Below are positions 1-9,071 of a stretch of DNA of 64,000 nucleotides, one piece after another. Position 1 is the first letter of the stretch, and every line of letters begins with the position of its first letter. The position numbers and the translations under genes are program-made. The notes under the pieces were generated by a model that worked only from the letters and a program-made list of their open reading frames with translations, made no database searches and was not told the origin of the DNA. This DNA comes from an uncultured virus (IMG/VR IMGVR_UViG_3300027126_000148) (lineage: Duplodnaviria; Heunggongvirae; Uroviricota; Caudoviricetes): IMG/VR virus record IMGVR_UViG_3300027126_000148; one strand, 5' to 3'.

Positions 1-162
1 GTTTCTAGCATACTGCTTTGCAATGGTGGTTTTGCCAGACCCTCGCGGTGCAACAAAAAGAAAATTAGGAGAAATTTGACTCTTATCGTAAATATCAAGA
101 TAAAAATCTAACTTATTCTTAACTGCTTCCTGACCGATGATTGAATCAAAGCGATTGTTCAT
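1..162 (-). CDS. AAA+ ATPase, RuvB-like (N-terminal part, truncated by window edge)
   Basis: Not in ORF track; manual translation MNNRFDSIIGQEAVKNKL...FLFVAPRGSGKTTIAKQ shows the F-x-x-IIGQ start and Walker A typical of RuvB/clamp-loader-clade ATPases. Confidence 0.7.
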   Translation of the reverse strand, partial: MNNRFDSIIGQEAVKNKLDFYLDIYDKSQISPNFLFVAPRGSGKTTIAKQYARN

Positions 163-163
163 A

Positions 164-412
164 TTAAAATTCTTCCGAAACTGAAAAAGAAACGACTGGC
201 TTTTCTTCCTTCGTAGGAGCTACCTGATTGGAAGAGGTTGGGGTTTGAGGCAAGGATTCGCCCTCGTCAACAAGGCTCATTTGCTTTGCGAACTTCATGC
301 TGACTGGAATTTTGGCAGCGTCAGTCAACTTCTCACGAAGCTGCGAAACACTAACAAATGCGAGGTTTTTGCCGCCTGTAGGACGGCCACGGGTCTTCAA
401 GAGTGTACTCAT
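164..412 (-). CDS. Small hypothetical protein with RGRP (AT-hook-like) motif; probable start ATG at 412
   Basis: ORF track 164..448; the upstream extension overlaps a TTGACC-16-TAAGGT promoter-like sequence. Confidence 0.55.
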   Translation of the reverse strand: MSTLLKTRGRPTGGKNLAFVSVSQLREKLTDAAKIPVSMKFAKQMSLVDEGESLPQTPTSSNQVAPTKEEKPVVSFSVSEEF

Positions 413-420
413 CGGGGCTG

Positions 421-448
421 ACCTTAGCAGGTCCCTCAAGGAGGTCAA
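421..448 (-). promoter_or_regulatory. sigma70-like promoter TTGACC-N16-TAAGGT
   Basis: Seen on minus strand, 8 nt before ATG at 412. Confidence 0.5.
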
Positions 449-457
449 GAGGGAGAT

Positions 458-685
458 TTAAAAAATCTTTCCAAATCTAATCTGCTCGTTATTTCCGCAA
501 ACCAAGACCTCCAAACCAAAGATCATGTTCTTTGATTCATTAGTTTCTTTGATCAAATGAGCATTTAATTCTTTCTCAAATTCATCAAGAAGATTAGAAG
601 GAATGATTACGGCGTTAAAATGCTCGCCCAACTTGTATCCTCTGCCTTGGGCTTCTTGAATGGATTGTTGAATCTTTTGTAACAT
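458..685 (-). CDS. Hypothetical protein
   Basis: ORF tightly packed in minus-strand operon. Confidence 0.55.
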   Translation of the reverse strand: MLQKIQQSIQEAQGRGYKLGEHFNAVIIPSNLLDEFEKELNAHLIKETNESKNMIFGLEVLVCGNNEQIRFGKIF

Positions 686-686
686 A

Positions 687-1289
687 TTAGTAAAGGAACC
701 ACTCCCAGTCTCTGTGCTTGCTCTCTATATTAATGATAAAGGGATGAGAATTGGGTTTCTTGGGCTTTTTAATTAAAGGAATCCCAAATTCTTCAAGAGT
801 TTTATTAGATTTTAAACTATTGATTCTTTTATCGCAAGCCACCATATTTTCCCAAGTGTTCTTGCCGTTCTTTGAGACAGGAATCAGGTGGTCTATATTT
901 GCTTCTTCCTTCGACAATCTTCGGCCTGTGTACTGGCAGGTCCAGTTGTCTCTTTCAAGGATAGCTTTTTTGGTTAATTTAGTATGGTAGATTGGAATCT
1001 TTGAGAAGTTTTTGCTGATGACGACCGTGGGAATGCGAAACGTCTGATAAGGAGAGGAAATCGAATAATCAAAAGATCGCACTGGCAGAGTCTCCCAAAC
1101 TTCCCATGAAACCGGCTTGTATTCTGGGCTTTCAAAATCATATTCTCCATTTAGTAAAGGATAGTTAACATCCATAGCAAGGTATGTGCCCTTGAATATC
1201 TTACTGATGGCAGTTTCGATGCCTTCAGTTCCAATGCCTAACCAATTTTTATTTAGTTTTAGGCAGGTCAGATTTTCAATGGCGAACAT
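687..1289 (-). CDS. HNH endonuclease (McrA/HNH_5-like)
   Basis: RDNWTCQYTG...NIDHLIPVSKNGKNTWENMVACDKRINSLK HNH motif. Confidence 0.85.
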   Translation of the reverse strand: MFAIENLTCLKLNKNWLGIGTEGIETAISKIFKGTYLAMDVNYPLLNGEYDFESPEYKPVSWEVWETLPVRSFDYSISSPYQTFRIPTVVISKNFSKIPIYHTKLTKKAILERDNWTCQYTGRRLSKEEANIDHLIPVSKNGKNTWENMVACDKRINSLKSNKTLEEFGIPLIKKPKKPNSHPFIINIESKHRDWEWFLY

Positions 1290-1291
1290 AT

Positions 1292-1714
1292 TTATTTATA
1301 CTCTTCAAACTTATTCTCTCCGTTTGAGTCAATGGAGTAAAATGTTTTCTTAGGATTTAAGAATTTAATCAGATTTTGGCAAGAACTGCAAGGCTTAGAA
1401 TTCCTAATTTCTCCGTTTCGATCTATTCTTGTGATAACTAAATTCGTTTTGGAGAAATCAATATTAGTGAGATTCTTGAACTTTATGAAAGCATTTAACT
1501 CGGAGCAAGTATATTTGTCTGATATTTGTTCTCCGTTGATGCCTGTTTTGGGGTTTCTGCGGTTGGTAGGATTACTTTTTTTTGAATTCTTACCAATAGT
1601 AATTATACGATTCTTGTGAAAGATGAATGAAAAGTGTTGACATTTGAGATCTGAGTCTACCTCTCTCAAGGCTTTTGTCAGATTAATGCACTTTTCCAGA
1701 TTTACTTTTTTCAC
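1292..1714 (-). CDS. Zinc-dependent cytidine/dCMP deaminase-fold protein
   Basis: CSE (for H/CAE) and SKPCSSC zinc-binding motifs. Confidence 0.7.
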   Translation of the reverse strand: MKKVNLEKCINLTKALREVDSDLKCQHFSFIFHKNRIITIGKNSKKSNPTNRRNPKTGINGEQISDKYTCSELNAFIKFKNLTNIDFSKTNLVITRIDRNGEIRNSKPCSSCQNLIKFLNPKKTFYSIDSNGENKFEEYK

Positions 1715-1889
1715 AAGAGGATAATTCTGCTTTTCTTATGACTTCTTTAATGAAAGACACATAAAAAGCATCTTCTTTCTTAGACTCTTTTGCCATATCA
1801 ATTATGTCTTTTTTCCATTTGGGAAGGTCTTTGTAAGTTTCGTCCCAAGCTCTGGAGTATTCGTTATCAATCTTTTTTGATTTTGACAT
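1683..1889 (-). CDS. Hypothetical protein
   Basis: ORF track 1683..1901; ATG at 1889 preferred. Confidence 0.5.
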   Translation of the reverse strand: MSKSKKIDNEYSRAWDETYKDLPKWKKDIIDMAKESKKEDAFYVSFIKEVIRKAELSSCEKSKSGKVH

Positions 1890-2037
1890 ATTCTTCTTCA
1901 ATGCACTGCTTTAATATCTTTAGATAATGAGTAAAAAAGGATTCTCCCATCTTAGAAGGATCAGCAATCTTATCTTGACGATCTTTCTCATAACTGGCTT
2001 CGATTAGCTGTTGAACTAGTTTTAGAGAGTTGTCCAT
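1867..2037 (-). CDS. Small hypothetical protein (56 aa, MDNSLKLVQQ...)
   Basis: Manual translation; fills the gap and lies downstream of a TTGACA...GATAATAT promoter-like sequence. Confidence 0.5.
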   Translation of the reverse strand: MDNSLKLVQQLIEASYEKDRQDKIADPSKMGESFFTHYLKILKQCIEEEYVKIKKD

Positions 2038-2072
2038 ATATTTGGAATATTATCGGGCAAAATTAAGAGTTG

Positions 2073-2399
2073 TCAACTTTTTTTTGGTTTTCTTTTGGGA
2101 GTTTTCTTCTTTTGGCTTCCGCTGACTTTTTCTAAAAACTTTTCACTTACTAATTCAACAAGTTTCAAACCTAAGAACCCCGCAATGAAAGCCACGCCAT
2201 TCTGATGTTTAACATTAACAATATTTAAAGTGTCCACCAATACAGGAGTCAAAAAGTTTGCGGTAGACATTCCTCCAACAAGAGACAAGACAACAGATTT
2301 GACATCGGTCTTATCATTTTTTGTAGCCATCAAAATAGAACCAAATAAACCACTAATCAAAAAACCCATTTGGATGCCCATTTTTTGTAATTGTTCCAT
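2073..2399 (-). CDS. Small multi-TM membrane protein, holin-like
   Basis: About three hydrophobic segments and a lysine-rich C-terminus. Confidence 0.55.
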   Translation of the reverse strand: MEQLQKMGIQMGFLISGLFGSILMATKNDKTDVKSVVLSLVGGMSTANFLTPVLVDTLNIVNVKHQNGVAFIAGFLGLKLVELVSEKFLEKVSGSQKKKTPKRKPKKS

Positions 2400-2400
2400 G

Positions 2401-3021
2401 TTACTTCTTTTTTCTCTTAAGGGGTTTCTTTTTCATGGCGGCGGGGTTATCGTGTTTAATTAAATACACTAAGAACAGCACTACTCCTGCCAGAGAATAA
2501 AGATATATGTTTAGTAGTTTTGTTTCATCATGAATTATCTTTTCTGAACTATTATTTATTAAATCTCTAAACTTTTCTTTGCTAAGATATATTTTCTTTT
2601 TATAGTCTAAATATTTGTCACTAAAGAATGCCTTACTATCCATCTTCTCAAAAGCAGGGCCTTCTACTTCTTTTGCTAATTCATTGCTTATATCTAAACC
2701 AACTCTAAATTCTTTTAACTCCTCTTGGGTTAATATTTTAGAAATAAAGACTTCGTTGTTGAAATAATTTTGTCTTTCTTTTAGATGAGCATTAAATTCC
2801 TCTAAAAACTTCTTATCTCCTGTAGTTGTATATGCAGCGCCTAGATATGTTAAATTGTCTGTAGATCTTCTAAGGTAGAGAGTTATGTCTCTACCAAACC
2901 TAAATCTTACAAATGCTTTTTCTATATCTTTAAGACTAGATAAAGCAAGAATAACAAATATAGCAGTTGGTAAAAGTACTGCTAATAAGTATTTCTTTAT
3001 ATTTGGTATTAAGTTGTCCAT
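2401..3021 (-). CDS. Two-TM membrane protein with chemoreceptor/kinase-like extracytoplasmic helical sensor domain, no signalling domain
   Basis: TM-LRRSTDNLTYLGAAYTTTGDKKFL...LTQEE...SNEL...FSDKY..K-TM, then a short basic tail. Confidence 0.5.
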   Translation of the reverse strand: MDNLIPNIKKYLLAVLLPTAIFVILALSSLKDIEKAFVRFRFGRDITLYLRRSTDNLTYLGAAYTTTGDKKFLEEFNAHLKERQNYFNNEVFISKILTQEELKEFRVGLDISNELAKEVEGPAFEKMDSKAFFSDKYLDYKKKIYLSKEKFRDLINNSSEKIIHDETKLLNIYLYSLAGVVLFLVYLIKHDNPAAMKKKPLKRKKK

Positions 3022-3030
3022 TTTAGCCTT

Positions 3031-3987
3031 TTATTTAATCCATTTTTGTTCTTTTAAGATGTCGTCAATAAGATCTTTTTCTTTGCTATCCATTTCTTTG
3101 TCAAAGCGTTTTAGCGCTTCTGTTACGGGATAAACTCTGTCTGGGAATTCTTTCTGCTTTTCTTTAAGCTCTTGAATTACATCTACAATTTTAACAAGGG
3201 GAGATTTAAATTCTTCAACTTTGTCTTTAGATATCAGATTAGACAATTCAAAAGCTTTAGGAGTTAGGGCTTTTATTATAGAAACAAACATTGACCCTAA
3301 CATGTTAAATATTGAAAAAGCTGCGGCAGCAGCAGGGTGAACTGTGGCTAGTAAGCGAAGAATAACGAACACTACAACAAATACAATTATTGTAGTTAAT
3401 GCGCTAATAACGAACTTCTTTAATCCCCAGAATACAGCATTAAGACCAAACATGCCGCTCATTGAATCTAATACTGCTTTATTTTGATCAGCTTCTTTGG
3501 CGACTTCTTTAGCTTTATCAGTGAGTTGCCAGAGTTGATCGTCATACTTCTGATTTAGCTCTGACTTTTCTTTTTGAAGTTTATTGATTATATCATCGCG
3601 TTGGGCGAGCATTTCTTCGCCTTTTCTGCGTTCTTCGACTAAGGCAGAGTTTAGTAAATCTACTGTCGCTTTAATTCTTTTTGTTTCGTCTATGTGAGGC
3701 GAGCCTACAATAGAAATGACTCTTTCGTTTAATTTTAAAGCTGTGTCTACTTGTACAGGAGCATTAGTGACTTGATTTAAAGAATGCTGAATGCCGACAG
3801 AAAGGCCAGAGGTTTGAATTCTCTTGCCTTTGTCGTTTTTTTCTATTTCTACAAGAGTGTTGTCTACCTTCTTCTCTTCTTTGGCGATAACTTTTTGATT
3901 ATCGTCTATTTGCTTAGAAGGTTTAATAGTTGAGAAGCATCCCGTTAGTATTAGCAGGATGAAAGGTAACAATAGGGGTTTCTTCAT
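3031..3987 (-). CDS. Lipoprotein with coiled coil and C-terminal TM segments
   Basis: Signal peptide with LTGC lipobox, coiled coil, hydrophobic block. Confidence 0.6.
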   Translation of the reverse strand: MKKPLLLPFILLILTGCFSTIKPSKQIDDNQKVIAKEEKKVDNTLVEIEKNDKGKRIQTSGLSVGIQHSLNQVTNAPVQVDTALKLNERVISIVGSPHIDETKRIKATVDLLNSALVEERRKGEEMLAQRDDIINKLQKEKSELNQKYDDQLWQLTDKAKEVAKEADQNKAVLDSMSGMFGLNAVFWGLKKFVISALTTIIVFVVVFVILRLLATVHPAAAAAFSIFNMLGSMFVSIIKALTPKAFELSNLISKDKVEEFKSPLVKIVDVIQELKEKQKEFPDRVYPVTEALKRFDKEMDSKEKDLIDDILKEQKWIK

Positions 3988-4022
3988 TCCTATTATTACA
4001 CAATCTAATTAAAGACGCTTAA

Positions 4023-5306
4023 TTAATTAAACTCTCTGTAGTTAATGGCTCCATATACCACAGAGTCAGAAGACCCTAAAGGCAAACAAGACAAAACAAG
4101 AACGTCTCTTTTTCCTGTAATAGAAACTCCTAATTTCATTAAAGATTTTAAAGCAGCCGCTTGAATGTCTGTTTTCGCTTGAGCATATCCACCAGCAACT
4201 ATAAATCCTCCTGAGATTCTAGTGCCATTTGGGGCTACAGCATATTCTATTGCAGAATTAATAACCCCACTAAAAGATAAAGAACCTACTCCAGAAGGAT
4301 TCATGTATAATTGCCATTCGTAGTTATCATTACTTGTAGTAAGTAAGCTAAGATCTAAAATATCAATAGTGGTTCCTAAGTAGCCTGTCTTAAGTCTTGC
4401 AGCCATAATTGCATTTGTAACATTTTTAGTAGCCTGAACAGAACTTCCGCCTGTAGAAACGTAACTATTTGTAGCTATTTCTTCCTTTCCTCCTTCGCTT
4501 ATTACAGCAGAACAAATGCAATTAATTGAAGAAGCTATTCCTGTTCCATCGTTAATTATTTGATAACGCAATGGAAGATTAGGAGTAGACATGTAAACTG
4601 TCGTTAAATTATTTGCAGCAGATAGTTCATGTACATAATATGTAATTCCTTCTACATTAAAACCGTACCTAACTCTTCCAACTCCTAGCCATTCAAAATC
4701 CATTAGAAATATTTGAGTTTTTGTAAAATCTAAAGAAATCCCGCTGGCTCCTGTGCCATCCATTTTATCAAGATTCCAAGAAGACTGTGGAATTACATCG
4801 TCTTGCGGAGAACCAGAAGCTTTGCTTCTTCTTACTACGTTGATTGCTCCTGCGTTACACTCTAAAAATAGTCCGTTATTATCATCAAAATACCCCATTC
4901 TAGTAATAATTCCTGCCCCTCCACCAGATGCTTTAAGTATCCCTGTTATAAATATTAATTGACTCTTTGAGGCTTGATAGTTAAACCTCATAAAAGTCTG
5001 GCGAGTTCTTTTTCCTGCGGTCGATGCAGAAACAGAAAGAGTAGAAGAAGCTGTATCGTTAGAGTATACAGAATTAGTGCCAGATCCGCTTTCTTGAGCG
5101 TCATCCCAGTATAAAGGCTGATTATCAAAGACTTGTTTGCTATTAAAAATCATCTCAGGATTAGAAATCCTAAGTCTGCCGAAAGCGTCTTTCCCGCCAG
5201 CGCCACCACCAAAATCAGAATCTAATATCGGTCTCCATTTATTAAGTACTGTATCATAGATGTAATTCGATGATACATGGGGAAGACTTGGAGTTGGATC
5301 GTACAT
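4023..5306 (-). CDS. Putative virion structural protein (beta-rich)
   Basis: DAFGRLRISNP and DFEWLGVGRVR motifs recalled from phage structural proteins; GTGTAAT motif upstream; start moved to ATG 5306. Confidence 0.6.
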   Translation of the reverse strand: MYDPTPSLPHVSSNYIYDTVLNKWRPILDSDFGGGAGGKDAFGRLRISNPEMIFNSKQVFDNQPLYWDDAQESGSGTNSVYSNDTASSTLSVSASTAGKRTRQTFMRFNYQASKSQLIFITGILKASGGGAGIITRMGYFDDNNGLFLECNAGAINVVRRSKASGSPQDDVIPQSSWNLDKMDGTGASGISLDFTKTQIFLMDFEWLGVGRVRYGFNVEGITYYVHELSAANNLTTVYMSTPNLPLRYQIINDGTGIASSINCICSAVISEGGKEEIATNSYVSTGGSSVQATKNVTNAIMAARLKTGYLGTTIDILDLSLLTTSNDNYEWQLYMNPSGVGSLSFSGVINSAIEYAVAPNGTRISGGFIVAGGYAQAKTDIQAAALKSLMKLGVSITGKRDVLVLSCLPLGSSDSVVYGAINYREFN

Positions 5307-5322
5307 ATACACATTATTACAC

Positions 5323-5344
5323 AAAAAAGCCGCCTTTCGGCGGC
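5323..5344 (-). terminator. Rho-independent terminator
   Basis: GCCGCC-GAAA-GGCGGC-TTTTTT on minus strand. Confidence 0.8.
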
Positions 5345-5359
5345 GTGATTATCTTTTTC

Positions 5360-5611
5360 TTAATCTGGTCTAGCGGGATATATGCCTTGGGTACAAATTA
5401 TATATTTTAAACTTGTTCCTTGTAGCATTGGGCATTTATTTAAATTAGGAAGACAGAATGTAACTCTTCCATCTCCTCCGTATTGAGTGCCAAGGATAGA
5501 AAACAATGCGGTATATTGCTGAATTGATAATGTTTGACCGTCGCAATACATATAATACTGTGGGCTATATGTTCCTGCGAATAATTTAATGTCTCCTAGA
5601 TATTCTTCCAT
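5360..5611 (-). CDS. Stand-alone phage tail collar domain protein (MdpB-like)
   Basis: YLGDIKLFAG...CDGQTLSIQQYTALFSILGTQYGGDG..TF.LP.L...YIIC..GIYP.R. Confidence 0.85.
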   Translation of the reverse strand: MEEYLGDIKLFAGTYSPQYYMYCDGQTLSIQQYTALFSILGTQYGGDGRVTFCLPNLNKCPMLQGTSLKYIICTQGIYPARPD

Positions 5612-5621
5612 AGACTATTTA

Positions 5622-6128
5622 TTACACCAACTTAAAAATATTACTAGGCTTTCCTCTGCCATTTTTCTTTTCACCAACTTTTTTAATAGTATTGCCGAAG
5701 ATCATTTCTTTAACTTTAAGATAAAGCTTAGGATAAGGAATCTTGTTTGTAACGAGGAGTTCTTTCATAGTGAACTCGCCCTTTGGAATTTTTAGTTCAG
5801 CTTGAGTGTTCTCAACTTGTTCTTGCTTGTTTGCCAAGATTTCTTTATGCCTATTAATAGCAGTATCAAAAGAAATGCAGTCAAAGCCAGTCCTGCCAAA
5901 AGCATTATTATTAGGGTAAACCCACTTAGCCTCAATGGTTTTGCCATGAAAAACAAATTGATCTTGTTTTTTAGGCTTAACCAATTCATACTTTTTGGTT
6001 TTTGTGCTTTCTTTTGTTTTCTCGTAGATCATCCAGCCACCTTCAAGCTTCTTCATGAACTTGAACTGGTAACCTTTGTGAGCGAATTCCTTGGCGAGTA
6101 AGAGATAACCGTCTTTATCTTTTTCCAT
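5622..6128 (-). CDS. Hypothetical protein, possible C-terminal wHTH
   Basis: ORF; C-terminal GRGKPSNIF. Confidence 0.55.
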   Translation of the reverse strand: MEKDKDGYLLLAKEFAHKGYQFKFMKKLEGGWMIYEKTKESTKTKKYELVKPKKQDQFVFHGKTIEAKWVYPNNNAFGRTGFDCISFDTAINRHKEILANKQEQVENTQAELKIPKGEFTMKELLVTNKIPYPKLYLKVKEMIFGNTIKKVGEKKNGRGKPSNIFKLV

Positions 6129-6354
6129 TTTTTCTGTATACTTTGTTGTATTTGGTGATTGTCTGCTTTAAGAGTCTGTTGTCTTTGGAAATTACAACGT
6201 ATTCGTTTTCAATTAAATGAAGTAAGTCTCCTGCTTGAAAATTGTCACCTACTTTTGGTTGGTGATACTTTTGAAGATCTTTTTCTTTGAGTTCCATGAT
6301 GTTTATTGGTCTGTTGTCCATGATCAACTGGTTTGCCCCAGTTAATCTCATCAT
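6115..6354 (-). CDS. Hypothetical protein (start uncertain)
   Basis: ORF track. Confidence 0.45.
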   Translation of the reverse strand: MMRLTGANQLIMDNRPINIMELKEKDLQKYHQPKVGDNFQAGDLLHLIENEYVVISKDNRLLKQTITKYNKVYRKNGKR

Positions 6355-6412
6355 AATTAGATTTGAACTGTTTACTAAAACAATTTCTAGGATTACTTCC
6401 TTTTCCGTTCAT
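6245..6412 (-). CDS. Small hypothetical phage protein (MNGKGSNPRN...NYDEINW)
   Basis: Manual translation; GKG..PR...NYD.I.W pattern recalled from small phage proteins. Confidence 0.45.
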   Translation of the reverse strand: MNGKGSNPRNCFSKQFKSNYDEINWGKPVDHGQQTNKHHGTQRKRSSKVSPTKSR

Positions 6413-6578
6413 TTTCTTCGTTTGTTAGCAAAGAGGCCATTATTTCAAGCCTCGTTTTTTCAGAATATTGAGTCCAGTCAGCAATTTGCTGCCAAGATCT
6501 CCCGCAACCTATACAAAAACCGTCTTTTAATTTACAAAATCTGATGCAAGGGGTTGAAACCTTAGCAGCAGTGTCCAT
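6393..6578 (-). CDS. DUF1289-like small Cys-rich protein
   Basis: TPCIRFCKL.DGFCIGCGRS..QI..W motif. Confidence 0.75.
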   Translation of the reverse strand: MDTAAKVSTPCIRFCKLKDGFCIGCGRSWQQIADWTQYSEKTRLEIMASLLTNEENERKRK

Positions 6579-6783
6579 TTTTTTGTTGAGTTGTTTGTTT
6601 TCTAATGTCAACTATGTCATAGAACTTCATATAGTAGTCTTGAATAATCTTATCGATATTCTTAACTATACGATTAGGTTGTTCGCTGGGATCGACATTT
6701 TTAATACTTCGCGCCAGTTCGTTTAAGAGTTTTTTATTTTGCGACACTTTAGTCTCCTTTTTCGATTCTGTAGCTGTCTTCAT
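6562..6783 (-). CDS. Hypothetical protein
   Basis: ORF track 6562..6816; ATG 6783 preferred. Confidence 0.45.
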   Translation of the reverse strand: MKTATESKKETKVSQNKKLLNELARSIKNVDPSEQPNRIVKNIDKIIQDYYMKFYDIVDIRKQTTQQKNGHCC

Positions 6784-7099
6784 CAAAGTGCTGGGTGCTG
6801 ATTTCGATAATTTCACTATCTTTTAGAGCAGAGAATTGGTGGATCATTCCTACTGGGATATGAAAGGCATCACCTCGGCCCAAGGTAATCCAGTGATTTC
6901 TTGCAGTTTTTTCGTCCATGCCATAATGCAAGACAATTTTTCCGCTTTGAACGTAGAAGGTTTCATCTTTTATTTTATGATAATGAAGACTACACTTGCG
7001 ATCTTTAACGACAAAAAGTATCTTGCCGCAATACTTATCATTATTAACAATCCACTTCTCGTATCCCCAGCCTTTAGGTACAAAATGCAGTTTTGACAT
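6749..7099 (-). CDS. Cupin, sugar isomerase-like (mannose-6-P isomerase/D-lyxose isomerase type)
   Basis: KGWGYE.W...YCGKIL...SLHYH..KDETFYV...H cupin motifs. Confidence 0.8.
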   Translation of the reverse strand: MSKLHFVPKGWGYEKWIVNNDKYCGKILFVVKDRKCSLHYHKIKDETFYVQSGKIVLHYGMDEKTARNHWITLGRGDAFHIPVGMIHQFSALKDSEIIEISTQHFDEDSYRIEKGD

Positions 7100-7100
7100 A

Positions 7101-7313
7101 TTAAGATTTGCTTGAATTCTTCTCCTCTATATTCTTTATAGAACCATAATTATTATAAACATAATCAAACAACCAATCTTCAGCTTGTTCGCTTACCTTT
7201 ACCTTATCAAGTAACTCGCTATACAATTCAGCTTGCTGATTTTCTAAATTTTTTATCCTGTTTCGCGTATATCTAATAAACGCCACTTGTTCATATGTAA
7301 ATTTCATATCCAA
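7101..7313 (-). CDS. Hypothetical protein
   Basis: ORF in operon. Confidence 0.5.
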   Translation of the reverse strand: MDMKFTYEQVAFIRYTRNRIKNLENQQAELYSELLDKVKVSEQAEDWLFDYVYNNYGSIKNIEEKNSSKS

Positions 7314-7954
7314 AGAGTGTCATAATACTTGGCAAAAAGAGCGAGGCCATTGTTTTTTCTTTCATTAAGTTGATTGGATTTTTCCATGTAACGCTTCCAA
7401 TCTTCCTTTTCTTCTATGGTCTTTTCAGAGCTAAAATCGAAAGCCTTACCTTTAAAAGAAAGACTCTCTGGGAATTCACACATTTTATCGCCATTAACAA
7501 TATACTCAAAAGCAAAAATCATTTCATCAAGAGCGGCTTCCATTTCTTTTACGCCTTTTTCTTCAGCGGCTGTCTGTTCCTCGCCCTCAAGAAAATGAAA
7601 ATTGCTTGGTAAAAAACAAACAGGAATTCCAACCTTTCCCTTTTCCTTAAAATACTTAAGGCGAGGCAAGGCAAAAAGAGCTATCGTATAACCTAGAGAG
7701 TAAACATCATCATCAGAAACTCCATAGCGAAATTTCTGATACTTGCATTTAATCCACCACTTAATATTCCCCGGCCAGTACTTAGCTTTCCATGCCAACC
7801 TGAAGGGAACAAGATCAAGCAAAAAGTCTACATACTTATTGTAAATATATCCATCATCAGAAAACATGCTTTCAAAAGCTTTTTCGTTTTCTTCTGCTAT
7901 CTTTCTTTGTCTAGCAATTTCTTCTGGAGAGCGAAAGTCAAATTCTGTTTGCAT
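7304..7954 (-). CDS. Conserved-type phage hypothetical protein
   Basis: LDEMIFAFE...GLALFAKYYDTLW pattern. Confidence 0.6.
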   Translation of the reverse strand: MQTEFDFRSPEEIARQRKIAEENEKAFESMFSDDGYIYNKYVDFLLDLVPFRLAWKAKYWPGNIKWWIKCKYQKFRYGVSDDDVYSLGYTIALFALPRLKYFKEKGKVGIPVCFLPSNFHFLEGEEQTAAEEKGVKEMEAALDEMIFAFEYIVNGDKMCEFPESLSFKGKAFDFSSEKTIEEKEDWKRYMEKSNQLNERKNNGLALFAKYYDTLWI

Positions 7955-8321
7955 TGTAATTATCTATGTATTTTTTAATGTTTTCAGCGCCAACTGGATT
8001 CATGGAATGAATTTCGTATGGTGGGTGAGCGATTTTTTGATCTTGACAAACCTCAACCAAATACTTAGCGCAATCGTAGCCAGTTTTTTCTTTATACTTA
8101 GAGTAGTCAATTTTATGGGTTTCTAGGATTATTTTAAGATCACGATAATGCTGCGCCCCGAGATCATGATCATAGCAGACAAAGGACGGAACGCCCTTTA
8201 TCTTTATTATATCCCTAAATTGAAAAAAGTCACGGGCAATTGTCCATTCATAGTTAGGGATATTTACCCAAGTAACATCGCTTGGATAACGAATGTCATC
8301 AATGAAAAGATAATAACTCAT
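7938..8321 (-). CDS. Cyclic-phosphate-processing receiver-like (cREC) domain protein
   Basis: LFIDDIR.P...YDHDLG...TGYDCAKYL...IHSMNPVG..NI motifs. Confidence 0.75.
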   Translation of the reverse strand: MSYYLFIDDIRYPSDVTWVNIPNYEWTIARDFFQFRDIIKIKGVPSFVCYDHDLGAQHYRDLKIILETHKIDYSKYKEKTGYDCAKYLVEVCQDQKIAHPPYEIHSMNPVGAENIKKYIDNYNANRI

Positions 8322-9064
8322 AAATCTAAATAAGATTTAACCTCAATCTTGCCATTAGTTACAGTGAGCCATTGCCTTAGAGAAGTGTCTATGCAGTAAT
8401 TTTCAGTCTTTGCATATTTTGCAACTCCTCCCTGTCTACGAGGTGTATGCCCAACAATTTGATTAAGCCCTTCAACAGGAGCGAACTCCTTGTCAAAGTC
8501 TAACCAAACGATTCCTCCTTTATGATAATGTCCTCCTCTAGCTCTGCCAACGGCATAAAACCAATGGTTGTGACCGCTAATTAAATTAATATTGGCTCGC
8601 TCTCTTTCTTTGATTAAGAAAAGATTAATGTCAGAATGATCTTTCGCTGTAGGGTCAATAAAATCAGGGCAAAGACCTGCGTGAGTGCAAAGATAGCCAT
8701 CTACCCAAGCAAACCAATCAAATTTTTTATAAATGTTAAGGCGATTTTCGCCAAATGTTTCAGATATAGTGTTATACTTCCTATGCTCGTATCCACTACA
8801 CATTACATAAGAATTATAAAAAAAGTAATGAAGATCATGATTACCAAACAATGTGTGATTATTTGGAGAAGTTAGATAACCCATTAAATACTCAGCAGTT
8901 TTTGCATAATGCTGAGTCTCGTCATAAATAAAACTATCAAACCAATCGCCAAGAACGAGATTAATATCTGCGCCCTCTGATTTAATAATTTTATCCAGCT
9001 TATCCACTTCATTATGGATATCTGAAATGATTAAGATTTTCTTACCTCCGCTTGAGATATTCAT
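8318..9064 (-). CDS. Calcineurin-like metallophosphoesterase
   Basis: DIH, GDWFD, GNHD, THAG, GHT motifs. Confidence 0.85.
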   Translation of the reverse strand: MNISSGGKKILIISDIHNEVDKLDKIIKSEGADINLVLGDWFDSFIYDETQHYAKTAEYLMGYLTSPNNHTLFGNHDLHYFFYNSYVMCSGYEHRKYNTISETFGENRLNIYKKFDWFAWVDGYLCTHAGLCPDFIDPTAKDHSDINLFLIKERERANINLISGHNHWFYAVGRARGGHYHKGGIVWLDFDKEFAPVEGLNQIVGHTPRRQGGVAKYAKTENYCIDTSLRQWLTVTNGKIEVKSYLDL

Positions 9065-9071
9065 TTAAAAT

